The translations under genes were made by a program, and so were the position numbers. Source: Deltaproteobacteria bacterium (GTDB lineage: Bacteria; Myxococcota_A; UBA9160; UBA6930). Taken from it: a stretch of DNA of 64,000 bases. The stretch covers positions 16,062-80,061 of the forward strand of contig JAJDAP010000035.1 in the NCBI GenBank assembly GCA_029261795.1, read 5' to 3'. The stretch's first letter is position 1. Each line of letters opens with the position of its first letter. Below are positions 27,881 to 37,865 of this stretch, one piece after another. The notes below the pieces were generated by a model. The model worked only from the letters and a program-made list of their open reading frames with translations, was not told where the DNA came from and did not search any database.

Positions 27881-30418
27881 TCAGTCGATCGCATGGTCGT
27901 GCCAGACTTCGGCGACGGTCGGATCCGCGGGCGCTCGCGCCAGAAGCTCCGGCGGGAGTAGATCCGCGGCTGCTTCGAGTGCGCTGCTGGCGGGTCGTTC
28001 CCGACCCGACACCCACAGCGCCGAGGCCGTCTGCAAGGCATGCCCGCCCTCGGCTGCTCGGCGCTCGGCAGGGCCGAACCCCCGGATCGGTTCGGCTCCG
28101 AGCGCGTCCGCGCTCTCCCTCAAGGTCTTGCTGAGTTGCGTGAGTGCGGTCCCGATGAAGGGGCGGACGCCGCCTCTGCCGCTCCCGGCATGCTGGCGCG
28201 CGGCGAGCAGTTCGACCGTGGGGTGGTCGTCGAGATTCCTGGGCGTCTCGTTCCAGAGCGCTGCAACGCCGGCCAGTGGGCCGGCGTAGAGGGCCCAGGG
28301 CCCGAAGGGATGGGTCACCCAGCGATCCGCTACGCCGCGCGTGCTCAGTCTGGCCGCAGCGCGGCTGGTGGCCGAGGCATCGATGCGCAGTTCGCGTCCG
28401 CCGACCAACGCGAGAATCGGGTGGCTACCGAAGAAATCCCCACGGAAGGCGACACCCTCCGGGAAGACGTCGGCGAAGGTCGTCAAGATCGATTGCAGTT
28501 CCGCCTCGCTCAGCTGATACAGCGGGAGCCACTGACAGAACAGTCCGCCGGGGGCGAGCCGACGCTGGATCGCCTCGAAGTGTTCGCGGGTGTAGAGCCC
28601 TCCGGTTCCCGCACGCCAGGGGACGAACAGGTCGGCCACGATCACGTCGAAGGATTCGCGGCCGGCGCGCACATAGCTTCGCGCATCGTCCAACACGACG
28701 CGGGTGCGCGGGTCGCCGTGCACGCCCCGATTCGACGCGTCGAACCAACGGGCCGCGGACGCTGCGACGCCGGGAACGATCTCGACCAGCACGAGTTCCG
28801 CGACGTCGTGGGAGAGGGCGGCGGCCGCGCTCGAGCCCGTGGCCGAGCCAAGGAAGAGGGCGCGCTTTGCGTGGCCGTGCAGGATCAGGGGAAGGTGGCC
28901 CTGGCGTTCCTGATGGACGGTATCGGCCGTTCCGCCAAGGGCATAGTGGTTGTCGGTCTGGATCAAGCGACCGCCGTCGCGTTCGATCACGGCGACCAGT
29001 CCGGCCGCGCTCGATGAACTCGCGAGCAGGCGATCTCCCGGCTCCAGACGGAGCACCGGCAATGCCGTTGGCGGGGCGCCCAGGGCGATGCCGATGGCGC
29101 CTGCGAGGATCACCCCGCCGCGCAGTGCGCGTCCGGGCGCCTCCACGATCACGGCGATGACGGCGTATGACCCCGCCACGGCGGTGAACGCGCCCCACAG
29201 CCCAAGTCTCGGCAACAGGATCCACGGTGCGACCAGGGCGCCGACGATGGCCCCGATCGTATTCATCGCCAGCAATCGCCCTGTGAGGCTTCCGGCAGCG
29301 CGTCCGTCGCCGTCGTTGGCAGCGCCGACCTGGGCGAGTAGCGCGGGCCAGACGCCGGCGGCGGCAAGCAGGGCAGGGCCCGCCGTCAGCGCCGCCAGCC
29401 CGAAGGCGGCGAACAGGTAGGCCGGATACGCGCGGTCGCTGCCGAGGTACGAGAGGCCATCGGTCCCTGCGACGAACACGCCCGGGAGCACGGCGAATCC
29501 GAAGGCGGCTCCCAGGGCCATCCACGCGAGGGTGCGCGCCGGGCGTCGCTGCCCGAAGCGGGTCACCAGCGCGGCACCCAGGGCCAGACTGACGAGGGTG
29601 GTGACGAGGACGGCACCGAAGGCGAAGCTCGACTGATTGAGGACGCGCGAGAAGGCCTGGGTCAACAGCACCTGTGCCGCGAACACGCCGAAGCCCGAGG
29701 CGAACGCGATCGCGCCAGCCCGGGAACCCGGGCGCGCTCCGACCCGGCGGTCTGGTGCTTCGATGGGTGAGGCCGGCGGGAAACGCTGCTCGGCGAGCCA
29801 GGCGGAGATCGCCGCCGCGACCAGGCAGCTGACCCCGACGATGTGCGTACCGCTGATACCGACCAGCGCCGGCAGTAGGAAGGTTGCCAGCGAAGCGCCC
29901 AGGGCCGCACCGGCGGTATTGATCGCGTAGAGCCCTCCGGCGGTTTGTCCCATGTGCCTGGCGCGGTCCGTGGCAGCGGCCGCCAGCACCGGAAAGGTGG
30001 CGCCGAAGGCCATGCTCGCCGGAAGACTGGCGAGCATGGCAGCGGCGAAGCGAGCCGCGCTGAGCGCGCCTAACGAAGCCCGACCGTCGTCGTAGAAGCG
30101 ATCGACGCCGCTCATCGTCGACGCGAGGAACACGGGGACAGCGAGGCACGCGAGCGCGGCGATGGCTTCGAGCGCCGCGTAGCTCGCCAGTGGTCGTCTG
30201 GTTCTGGCGGCGAGCCGCGCTCCGAGGAGGGCGCCGAGTACCTGGCCGGCGAAGAACGCCACCAACGTCGCGGAGACCGCGGGTGCGGTTGCGCCCAATG
30301 CCCCCCGGAACCAGCGCAGCCAGCTGGTCTCGACGATCAAGGCTCCGCTGCCCGACAGGAAGAAGAGTGCCGCGGCCACCCAGAACGGGAGCCGCGAAGA
30401 TCCCTCGCGGGTGGACAC
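27881..30418 (-). CDS. fused polytopic membrane domain / spermidine-synthase-like (polyamine aminopropyltransferase fold) protein
   Basis: About 420 aa of MFS-like transmembrane helices are followed by a SpeE-like domain (…VLVEIVPGV…VIVADLFVPWRAGTGGLYTREHF…). The GTG start at 30418 sits 2 nt after the kdsB stop. Confidence 0.6.
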   Translation of the reverse strand: MSTREGSSRLPFWVAAALFFLSGSGALIVETSWLRWFRGALGATAPAVSATLVAFFAGQVLGALLGARLAARTRRPLASYAALEAIAALACLAVPVFLASTMSGVDRFYDDGRASLGALSAARFAAAMLASLPASMAFGATFPVLAAAATDRARHMGQTAGGLYAINTAGAALGASLATFLLPALVGISGTHIVGVSCLVAAAISAWLAEQRFPPASPIEAPDRRVGARPGSRAGAIAFASGFGVFAAQVLLTQAFSRVLNQSSFAFGAVLVTTLVSLALGAALVTRFGQRRPARTLAWMALGAAFGFAVLPGVFVAGTDGLSYLGSDRAYPAYLFAAFGLAALTAGPALLAAAGVWPALLAQVGAANDGDGRAAGSLTGRLLAMNTIGAIVGALVAPWILLPRLGLWGAFTAVAGSYAVIAVIVEAPGRALRGGVILAGAIGIALGAPPTALPVLRLEPGDRLLASSSSAAGLVAVIERDGGRLIQTDNHYALGGTADTVHQERQGHLPLILHGHAKRALFLGSATGSSAAAALSHDVAELVLVEIVPGVAASAARWFDASNRGVHGDPRTRVVLDDARSYVRAGRESFDVIVADLFVPWRAGTGGLYTREHFEAIQRRLAPGGLFCQWLPLYQLSEAELQSILTTFADVFPEGVAFRGDFFGSHPILALVGGRELRIDASATSRAAARLSTRGVADRWVTHPFGPWALYAGPLAGVAALWNETPRNLDDHPTVELLAARQHAGSGRGGVRPFIGTALTQLSKTLRESADALGAEPIRGFGPAERRAAEGGHALQTASALWVSGRERPASSALEAAADLLPPELLARAPADPTVAEVWHDHAID

Positions 30419-30420
30419 CC

Positions 30421-31152
30421 CTAGCCGCGCTCGCGATGGGCCAGGATGGCTTCTACGCGGTCGCGATCTTCCGCCGTATCGACGGGCACGCTCTCCCAAC
30501 CGTCGATGACAGCGCAGCGGATCCGAAAGCCGTGTTCGAGGGCGCGCAGTTGCTCGAGCGCTTCGGCCCGTTCGAGCGGTGTGGGATCGAGCGTCACGTA
30601 GTGCAGCAGGAACTCGCGTCGATAGGCGTAGAGCCCGACGTGCTGCCAGAGCGCGAGTGCCTCGCCGCGCGGGTAGGGGATCGCGCTCCTCGAGAAGTAG
30701 AGCGCGTTCCCGGAGACGTCTCGAACCACCTTTACGCGGTTGGGATCGTCAGCCGTCGTCGGGCCGGCGGCATGGACGACGGTCGACATCGGGGCCTCCG
30801 CCGCCTCGCGGAGCGCGTCGACCGCCGCATCGATCACGAAGCCCTCGATCAAGGGCTCGTCGCCCTGGATGTTCACGATGAACTCGTCGTCGACGTCGGC
30901 GGCCACCTCAGCGAGCCGGTCGGTTCCGGTCGGATGATCCTTCGAAGTCAGCACGGCGTGGGCGTCGAAGTCGCGGCAGGCCTCGGCGATCCGCTCATCG
31001 TCGGTGGCGACCCAGACGTCCCGGAGTGCCTTCGCCTGGCGCGCATTTTCGACCACGTGTTGGATCATCGGGCGCCCGGCGATCAGGACGAGCGGCTTCC
31101 CGGGATAGCGCGACGCCGCGTAGCGGGCAGGAACGATCCCCAGGGCCGACAT
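30421..31152 (-). CDS. kdsB: 3-deoxy-manno-octulosonate cytidylyltransferase (CMP-Kdo synthetase)
   Basis: MSALGIVPARYAASRYPGKPLVLIAGRPMIQHVVENA…IVNIQGDEPLIE…LYAYRREFL, 243 aa. Confidence 0.85.
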   Translation of the reverse strand: MSALGIVPARYAASRYPGKPLVLIAGRPMIQHVVENARQAKALRDVWVATDDERIAEACRDFDAHAVLTSKDHPTGTDRLAEVAADVDDEFIVNIQGDEPLIEGFVIDAAVDALREAAEAPMSTVVHAAGPTTADDPNRVKVVRDVSGNALYFSRSAIPYPRGEALALWQHVGLYAYRREFLLHYVTLDPTPLERAEALEQLRALEHGFRIRCAVIDGWESVPVDTAEDRDRVEAILAHRERG

Positions 31153-31158
31153 GCTGCG

Positions 31159-32103
31159 ATGCTAGCCGATCGGCAGAGCGTTACCCTCGGTCGTGTGGCT
31201 GCTCCCCCCTCCATTCCGTCCGAGACGCCGGCTCGCAAAGCCGTGGTTGCCGTCGCGTCGAACAAGGGCGGCGTCGGCAAGACCTTCGTCGCCACGAATC
31301 TGGCCGTCTATCTGCGTGCTCTCCACGAGGATCTTTCGGTTCAGCTGATCGGGCTCGATGACCAGATCGGGATCGATCGGATGTTCGCGATCGGTGGGCG
31401 GGATCCCGACGCGCCGAATCTGAAGCACGCATTTTCCGAGCGCAGTCTCGACCGGGCGCTTCGCCTCGGCGAGTACGGTGTCTACTACATTCCGAGTCCG
31501 CCGGATGCGGGGCCCCTCAAGTCGCGCGCCCGCGATCCGCGCATCCTCTCGAGCATGATCGAGCGGTGCAGTCACCCGGGTCTCTACGTGTTGGACTGCA
31601 AGAGTGATCTCGAAGAACTCACCCGTGCGGCACTACGGGCCGCCGATCTCGTGATCGTGCCGGTGGCCGACCAGGCCTCCCTCGACGAGGCCAGCAAGAT
31701 CTTCGAGACGTTGGCCCGCGACGGCGGCGTACCCGCTCGTGCACGCGTGCTGTTGACGCTCGTCGATCGCCGCACGCGCATCGATCGCGAGGGACGCGAC
31801 CTCTACGAACGATTGATCGGCAAGGTCGATGCCAGGCTCTGGCCCCGCTTCGAAACGTCGATTTCGAGGAGTCCAAGGGTCGAGGCGTTGCAATCGGGTA
31901 CTTCGCGCGCGCGGCCGGTCTTGCTCGATGGGCGTGGCACCGCGGTTCACCGCCAACTGCGCGAACTCGCTGAAGAGGTCGCCAAGGCATTGGACCTCGG
32001 CTCGACCACCGATCGATCCGCCCGCGACCAGCCGCGTGTGCAGCGCCCTGCGGCAAGGCGCTCTTTGCTGGGAACCCTCTTCGGCGACCGGTCGGAACGT
32101 TAG
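31159..32103 (+). CDS. ParA/MinD-family P-loop ATPase (orphan)
   Basis: Deviant Walker A VAVASNKGGVGKTF. The start may be the GTG at 31195, since the ATG at 31159 is only 6 bp from the divergent kdsB start. Confidence 0.6.
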   Translation: MLADRQSVTLGRVAAPPSIPSETPARKAVVAVASNKGGVGKTFVATNLAVYLRALHEDLSVQLIGLDDQIGIDRMFAIGGRDPDAPNLKHAFSERSLDRALRLGEYGVYYIPSPPDAGPLKSRARDPRILSSMIERCSHPGLYVLDCKSDLEELTRAALRAADLVIVPVADQASLDEASKIFETLARDGGVPARARVLLTLVDRRTRIDREGRDLYERLIGKVDARLWPRFETSISRSPRVEALQSGTSRARPVLLDGRGTAVHRQLRELAEEVAKALDLGSTTDRSARDQPRVQRPAARRSLLGTLFGDRSER

Positions 32104-32109
32104 TCCGCG

Positions 32110-34887
32110 TCAGTTCGCGCTGGGAAGCGGCGGTGCCGCGACGTCCGTCCCGGTTTCATCGCTGGCCGACGGGCCCGTGGACATGCCCGGCACGTCGCTG
32201 GGCGCTATCGCTTCTGGCTCGGGCAGCACCTCGATGCTGAGCTCGGTGCGCTGTTCGCCGGCCAGGAGCCCGTCGCCGGCTGTGTCGCTGGCCGGAATGT
32301 TCGGCGACTGTGCCTCGGCGATCTGCAGGCGCGTTGCGACCTCGATGCTGCGATTGCGCAGCTCCCACAGAAGAACGGCGGCGCGACGCCGATGTGCCGA
32401 CGTCGGCTCCTCGGGAACGACGTATCGGACCATTCGGGTCTCACGCAGCGGGGCGCGGCCGGCAAGCCGCGCAACGATATCGATCTGGTTCTCGCCGGGC
32501 GTCAGGGGCACGATCGCGTCGAAGCTACCGTCGGCGAAGACACGCGCGGCGCGAGCGTCTGCACCAGTGGTGGTGTTTCGGATCTCGACGACTTCGAGAC
32601 CGGCAAGCCGGACGTCGAGGTTCGGGAGGCGGGCCTCGGTAACCTCGAGGACCGGGGTGTGCGTCCCGCCGGAAGCCGCGCTCACGGCGAGCAGCAAGGA
32701 ACCCACCCGCTTTTCGCCGAAGCGGCCCACCGAGAAGGTGTGAACAGGGGTTCCGAGCTGGCCCAAGATCGTTGCCATCTCGACTGCCTGGCGCTTGGCG
32801 CGCCTGAAGTTCGGGCTCCCGGGTGGCTGGCCCGAGACCAGCAGGATGCTGGTGCGTCTTTGCGGATCTGGCGGCTCATCCGTCGTCAGGAAGCTCAGCG
32901 CAGCGAGGAGGCCGTGGTGGATCCCCGCTGCGTTCGGAGCCACGACGCCCGACGCGAACTCGTCGATCGCCGTGGCGGCGACCTCGGGCGGGCCGAAGGG
33001 TGCGATGGCCATGGCTTTCGTCGCGTAGGCCAGGGCAGCGACACGCGTGGTCGCTGGATCGAGTTGGCTCGCCAGATCGGCGGCAACGTATCGCTGTGCC
33101 GCGAGGATCGAGTCGCCGCGATCGGTCGTCAGGATTCGCGGCGCCGCCTGGCTGATCGGGCTCCTGGACGGGAATGGCGACACCACGCGATCGACGACCG
33201 GGGCTTCCCGACCCACGACGCCGTTCCCGTTCACATCCTGGCCAGACGGTGCCAAGGTCGCCAAGGAGAAGTCGAATATCACCACGACGTCGTGCTTCGG
33301 GGCCTCGCCGAGGCCGGCACTGCCGCTGACCTCGAGCCAGGGCGCCAATTGCTCGAGTTCGGCGCCCCGCTGCGGCGTTCGAACCAGCAGTTGGGCTTCC
33401 CAGAGCTGGCCGTCGAGATCGGCCAGTTCGACACCACTCCGAGAAAGCGCGGCGGTCAGGCGTTCACTCGCGACGATGGCTTCCAGGTGAGGCCGGCGTG
33501 CGAGTCGACGGAGCACGGCGGCGGCTTGTCGGTGTTGTCCCGCCCCAGCGAGGCGATTCGCGAGCGTCAGTTCCAGGCTCGCTACACCGGGAGCCTCCGT
33601 CGCCCCGCGCCGGAGCAGCATGGCGGCTGCGGCGTGATCCTCGAACGAGTCGCCGAACGTCGCTGCGAGCCCCACGGTCGCCCTCACGTTGGTGGGATCG
33701 AGCTCGATCGCGCGATGATAGGCCGCCGCCGCTCGCCCTTCGGCTTCGTCGGGATGGCGGGCTTCGAAAGCCCACCAGGCATCTCCGATGCGCGCCCAGT
33801 GCACCGGATCGCCCGGGTTCTTCGTCTCCAGCTGATCGAGCGCCGCCACGATCTGGGCCGCTGGAACATCAGGGTCGCGGAGCGCAATCTCGATCGCGCC
33901 AAAGACGCGGGTAGGATCCGATGCCAGCGCACGCTGCTGGATTCGTGCCACCAACGGCTCGGCGGCGTCCAACTCGTCAGCAATCTCGCCGAGAACAGCG
34001 AGGGCGGCGTCAGCTCCTGCCGCCCTGATCTGGACCGGCTCGACGGCTGGGAGTTCGGCCCCGATGCGAAGCTCCGCGAACTCCTCTTGGCGCAGGTATG
34101 CGGTGAACTGCGCCTGGAGCGGCTCAGCGAGATCGGACGCCTCCGCGTCGGGCTGGACGCCTCGACGCTCGATGGTTTCGGCCAGGGCGGCGTAGTCTTC
34201 GGCGAGTGTTCCATGGGCCCGGCTCTGCAACAGGTGGACCAGGGCAAAGGACTGAGCTGCGAAGCGTTTCTTCTCGCCGGCGCTCCAGGTCGCTCGGGAA
34301 GCGCCAGCGCCCAGCACCCGACGCAAGGGGAGGAGTTTGCCGTAACGAAGCGAATCGGAGAGGTGTGACGGAGCGGCACCGAAGGAGACCGCGTCTGACG
34401 CGATGCTGAGCTGGGCCAGATACTCGGCCAGGCCCTCTTCTTGCCAAGCCGGCATGTCGGCACTCGAGCTGGCGAGGCTTGCGTGAACGAAGGCGTGACG
34501 AAGGGCGGTACTCGCATCCTTGCCGCTCGCGTCGAACAGAACGACTGGCCCCTTCAGGGTGCCGAGCACGAACCCGGACGCCTCCGGCGATTTGCGGAAC
34601 TCGTCGAAGCCGCCCGGATCACCGAATCCGACGATCCGGATCGCTGCCGGCGGCGCCGCGCGTCGAACCTCCGGCAGTGGCAGCAGCACCAGGGCCGAGC
34701 GGAATCGCTCGAGATCCTCGAGCAGGGCCCGGCTTCGGTCGACCGGCGCGCTGCTCCACATCTCGAAGTGGGCGGAGACGGCGTGGGACCAGGGTTGCTG
34801 CTCGAGCGGTGGAGGTGCGGATCGGCAAGCGGCGGCGAAAACGCCGCAGCCTACGAGGAGCGCGCTGAGGCCACGAACAACGGTCAT
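32110..34887 (-). CDS. large secreted lipoprotein with TPR-like repeats and a probable vWA-like domain
   Basis: Signal peptide with lipobox (MTVVRGLSALLVGCG). The central region is Ala/Leu-rich and helical-repeat-like. A Rossmann-like segment (VVVIFDFSLATLAP…) may be vWA. The antisense 658-aa ORF is R/G-rich and spurious. Confidence 0.5.
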   Translation of the reverse strand: MTVVRGLSALLVGCGVFAAACRSAPPPLEQQPWSHAVSAHFEMWSSAPVDRSRALLEDLERFRSALVLLPLPEVRRAAPPAAIRIVGFGDPGGFDEFRKSPEASGFVLGTLKGPVVLFDASGKDASTALRHAFVHASLASSSADMPAWQEEGLAEYLAQLSIASDAVSFGAAPSHLSDSLRYGKLLPLRRVLGAGASRATWSAGEKKRFAAQSFALVHLLQSRAHGTLAEDYAALAETIERRGVQPDAEASDLAEPLQAQFTAYLRQEEFAELRIGAELPAVEPVQIRAAGADAALAVLGEIADELDAAEPLVARIQQRALASDPTRVFGAIEIALRDPDVPAAQIVAALDQLETKNPGDPVHWARIGDAWWAFEARHPDEAEGRAAAAYHRAIELDPTNVRATVGLAATFGDSFEDHAAAAMLLRRGATEAPGVASLELTLANRLAGAGQHRQAAAVLRRLARRPHLEAIVASERLTAALSRSGVELADLDGQLWEAQLLVRTPQRGAELEQLAPWLEVSGSAGLGEAPKHDVVVIFDFSLATLAPSGQDVNGNGVVGREAPVVDRVVSPFPSRSPISQAAPRILTTDRGDSILAAQRYVAADLASQLDPATTRVAALAYATKAMAIAPFGPPEVAATAIDEFASGVVAPNAAGIHHGLLAALSFLTTDEPPDPQRRTSILLVSGQPPGSPNFRRAKRQAVEMATILGQLGTPVHTFSVGRFGEKRVGSLLLAVSAASGGTHTPVLEVTEARLPNLDVRLAGLEVVEIRNTTTGADARAARVFADGSFDAIVPLTPGENQIDIVARLAGRAPLRETRMVRYVVPEEPTSAHRRRAAVLLWELRNRSIEVATRLQIAEAQSPNIPASDTAGDGLLAGEQRTELSIEVLPEPEAIAPSDVPGMSTGPSASDETGTDVAAPPLPSAN

Positions 34888-35035
34888 ACCTGGACGATAA
34901 CGCAGCTCTGATGGGCCCTCCGAACGCGGTAAAGCTACGCTCGCCGCCTGCTGCACCGGGAGGGGCCATGAGCCAGCCGACGGCTTTCTTCGGTAGCGTG
35001 GCCGCAGCGGCCAGCGAATCTCACGAGGGCCTAGC

Positions 35036-35908
35036 ATGTCTGTGATCGCACTTCCCGAGGGCGCAAGGCTCCACCCGGGCAACGACAGCTTCGAGTGGGT
35101 GGATGCGCCCGGTCCGTATCAGAGAATCGACGCCGAACAGGCCAGGTCCTGGAGCGAGGATGGTTATTTCCTGCTCCGGGATGCCTTTGGCCCGGCCGAC
35201 ATCGAAGCCCTGATTTCGGATCTCGACGCCCTCGACGAACGCGTCACGGCCTTCCTGAAGACCCAGCCCGGTGGCAAGCTGATGATCGCCGAGGACGGCA
35301 ACATCACCTTCATGACCCACGCCGTGCTGCAATCGGCGGTGGCCAGGGCGTTCTGTGGTCAGCGCGTGTTCCAGGATCTCGGTCACGATCTGATCGGGCC
35401 CGATGTACGCCTCTACTGGGATCAGGGCGTCTACAAGAAGCCCGAGAAGCCGACGGAGTTTCCCTGGCATCAGGACAACGGCTACACCTTCGTCGAGCCG
35501 CAGCAGTACCTGACGTGTTGGGTCGCGCTCAACGACGCCACCGTTTCGAATGGATGTCCGTGGGTGGTACCTGGGCTACACCGGGCCGGGACCCTCGAGC
35601 ACTGGCCCGCCGAGGCCGGCTTTCAATGCCTGGAGGATCCGGACGGTGCGGTCCCGGTCGAGGCGCCGGCAGGGAGCATCGTCGTGTTTTCCTCGCTGAC
35701 GCCTCATGCCACCGGGCCGAATACTTCCGGCGCCGTTCGCAAGGCCTACATCGTGCAGTTCGCACCGGACGAAGCCGCGATCCTACAGGTGAAACCCGAT
35801 GGGACGAAACAAGGCGAGGCGTTGGCCAACGACCCCGATCGCCAGTTTCCAATTCTCGTTGGTGGCGAGCCGGTCGCGGTGCCGCCGCGAAGAATCAAGC
35901 AGCGCTGA
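35036..35908 (+). CDS. PhyH-family Fe(II)/2-oxoglutarate-dependent dioxygenase
   Basis: HQDNGY (HxD) and a distal TPHATGPN His in a phytanoyl-CoA dioxygenase-like fold, 290 aa. Confidence 0.7.
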   Translation: MSVIALPEGARLHPGNDSFEWVDAPGPYQRIDAEQARSWSEDGYFLLRDAFGPADIEALISDLDALDERVTAFLKTQPGGKLMIAEDGNITFMTHAVLQSAVARAFCGQRVFQDLGHDLIGPDVRLYWDQGVYKKPEKPTEFPWHQDNGYTFVEPQQYLTCWVALNDATVSNGCPWVVPGLHRAGTLEHWPAEAGFQCLEDPDGAVPVEAPAGSIVVFSSLTPHATGPNTSGAVRKAYIVQFAPDEAAILQVKPDGTKQGEALANDPDRQFPILVGGEPVAVPPRRIKQR

Positions 35909-37865
35909 TCGACTGCAGTTCGACGAAGCTGCGATAGGCACCGTTTTCGAGGGCCATGAGCTCGGCATGGTTGCCGCGTTCGATGATGCGGCCGTCGTCG
36001 AGGAAGCAGATCTGGTCGGCTTCGCGGATCGTGGAGAGGCGGTGAGCGATCACGATGACGGCCCGTTCCTGGCTGGCGGTGCGCAGCGCGGCCACCAGGT
36101 TCTGCTCGGTCTCGGGATCGAGGGCGCTGGTCGGCTCGTCGAGGATCAGCACCCGGGCTTCGCGCACGAGGCCGCGGGCAATCGCCAGACGTTGGCGTTG
36201 TCCCACCGAAAGGCGCCCGCCGCCGCGGCCGAGGGGGGTGTGATAGCCCTTGGGGAGTGCGCGGATGAAGTCGTCGGCGCCCGCGATCTGGGCGGCTCGA
36301 CGAATCTGGGCTTCGCTCGCTTCGCGATTTCCGATGCGCAGGTTCTCGTCGACGGTCGCGTCGAAGAGCTGGGTCTCCTGGAACACGAACGCGATCTGTT
36401 CGCGAAGCGATGCCAGGGAGGCCTGCGCGGTGTCGACGCGATCGAAACACACGCGGCCGCTGGCGGGTTCCACGAAGCGTGGGATGAGATAGGCGAGGGT
36501 CGTTTTTCCGGCGCCGGCGGGGCCGACCAGGGCCGTCACCTGGCCGACCCGCGCCTCGAGATCGACGCCGCGCAGGGCGGGTGTTCCATCCGGATAGTCG
36601 AAGCAGGCGGCTTCGATCTGGACGGCCTCGCACAGCGCTGGGCACGAGGTCGCGTCGGGCGGGTCTTCTTCGTTCGGCAGGTCCATCACGAAGAAGACCC
36701 GCTTCAGGCCCGCCGCGTTCTCCTGCAGGCGAATCCAGAGGCCGCCGAAGCTGAAGGCCGCGGCAACCAGGGCGATGAAGTAGGTCAGCAACAGGCCGAA
36801 ATCGCCGGCAGAGATGGCGCCATAGACGACCAACTCGATGGCGGAATAGGCCACGAACCCGAGCAGCGTCACGCCGGGAACCGCGCCTAGCAAGACGATG
36901 CCCATGCCGATCGCCATCACGCCGCGGTATTGGGAGAAGGAAGCCCAGCTGTCCTTGTCGAAGCGATCCTGCTCGTGATCCTCGGCGCCCAGGCTCTGGA
37001 CCGCGAGGATGTTGTGGAGGCCTTCCTCCAGGCTTGCCGTGGCGTTGGAACCTTCGCGCCGCGCATCGCCGTGTCGCTCGCGAAGCATCCCGCTGAAGGG
37101 AAGGCCCGCGAGGAACGAGATGGCCATCAGGCCCAGGCCGGCTTGCCAGAAGATGGGATGGTCCGGGAAGAATGTTGCCAGGCACAGGGCAGCGAGGGTG
37201 CCGAGGCCGCCCCAAACGAAGGGCCACACCACGATGCGATAGATGCCACCCGTGATCGCGGGCGTGTCGTACATCACCCGGAAGACCGCGTCGCCGATGC
37301 TCTCGTCGTCGAAGGTCGTCATTGGCAGGCGTTGCAGGCGGGCGAAGAGAGCGGTCCGGTAGTGGTGGTTGATCTCCTGGGTGAGGCGGATCATCACGCG
37401 CCAGTCGATCAAGCCCAGCAACCCGCTCGTCAAACTCAAGGCGTAGTTGGCTTCGTTCTCGGTGCGCGAGGCTATGTCGTGGCCCGAACTCAGCATCGAA
37501 TCCGCGAAGTCGCGCTCGTTGCCACTGGTACCGACCGCACCACACAGCGCCACGAGCACGAGTTGCACACCGACCAGGATCAGCACGATCCCCTCGGGCG
37601 ATTGGGTCGCCAGCATCGCCATCACACCGCTCAAGATCTCGGGGTAGGGAAGCGGTTGCTCGCCGATCGGAATCCCGAGCACCGCATGATCGACGATGAT
37701 CTTCACCGGCCAGGGCAACACGAGCAGCGGCAGCAGGCTGAGCAGCGCCAGCAGGTACTTGGCGACGAAGCGAGCCTTGAAGGGCGCTGCGTAGGAGAAT
37801 GCGCGTCCCAGCAGCGCGAAGGTCTCGCGGAGGGAGGTGCCTGTTTCTTCGCCGAGGCCGCTCAC
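35895..37865 (-). CDS. ABC exporter, fused permease/ATPase half-transporter (downstream partner)
   Basis: Six-helix transmembrane domain then a nucleotide-binding domain (GPAGAGKTTL, LSVGQRQRLAIAR, ILDEPTSALD). The 4-bp overlap with its upstream paralogue suggests a heterodimer. Confidence 0.8.
   Translation of the reverse strand: MSGLGEETGTSLRETFALLGRAFSYAAPFKARFVAKYLLALLSLLPLLVLPWPVKIIVDHAVLGIPIGEQPLPYPEILSGVMAMLATQSPEGIVLILVGVQLVLVALCGAVGTSGNERDFADSMLSSGHDIASRTENEANYALSLTSGLLGLIDWRVMIRLTQEINHHYRTALFARLQRLPMTTFDDESIGDAVFRVMYDTPAITGGIYRIVVWPFVWGGLGTLAALCLATFFPDHPIFWQAGLGLMAISFLAGLPFSGMLRERHGDARREGSNATASLEEGLHNILAVQSLGAEDHEQDRFDKDSWASFSQYRGVMAIGMGIVLLGAVPGVTLLGFVAYSAIELVVYGAISAGDFGLLLTYFIALVAAAFSFGGLWIRLQENAAGLKRVFFVMDLPNEEDPPDATSCPALCEAVQIEAACFDYPDGTPALRGVDLEARVGQVTALVGPAGAGKTTLAYLIPRFVEPASGRVCFDRVDTAQASLASLREQIAFVFQETQLFDATVDENLRIGNREASEAQIRRAAQIAGADDFIRALPKGYHTPLGRGGGRLSVGQRQRLAIARGLVREARVLILDEPTSALDPETEQNLVAALRTASQERAVIVIAHRLSTIREADQICFLDDGRIIERGNHAELMALENGAYRSFVELQSISAA

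Noticed and set aside
28425-30149. 574-aa minus ORF in an alternate frame, and the 28040..29160 plus ORFs
   Set aside because: They are off-frame or antisense to the fused MFS/SpeE-like gene and are Arg-rich.
32392-34368. 658-aa plus-strand ORF
   Set aside because: It is antisense to the 926-aa lipoprotein gene, whose composition and signal peptide are coding-like, and it is R/G/D-rich.
35036-35908. The PhyH dioxygenase as the Kdo 3-hydroxylase KdoO (kdsB lies 4 kb away)
   Set aside because: This is a general PhyH-family fold only. I cannot support a KdoO assignment from motifs, and the genes are not adjacent.
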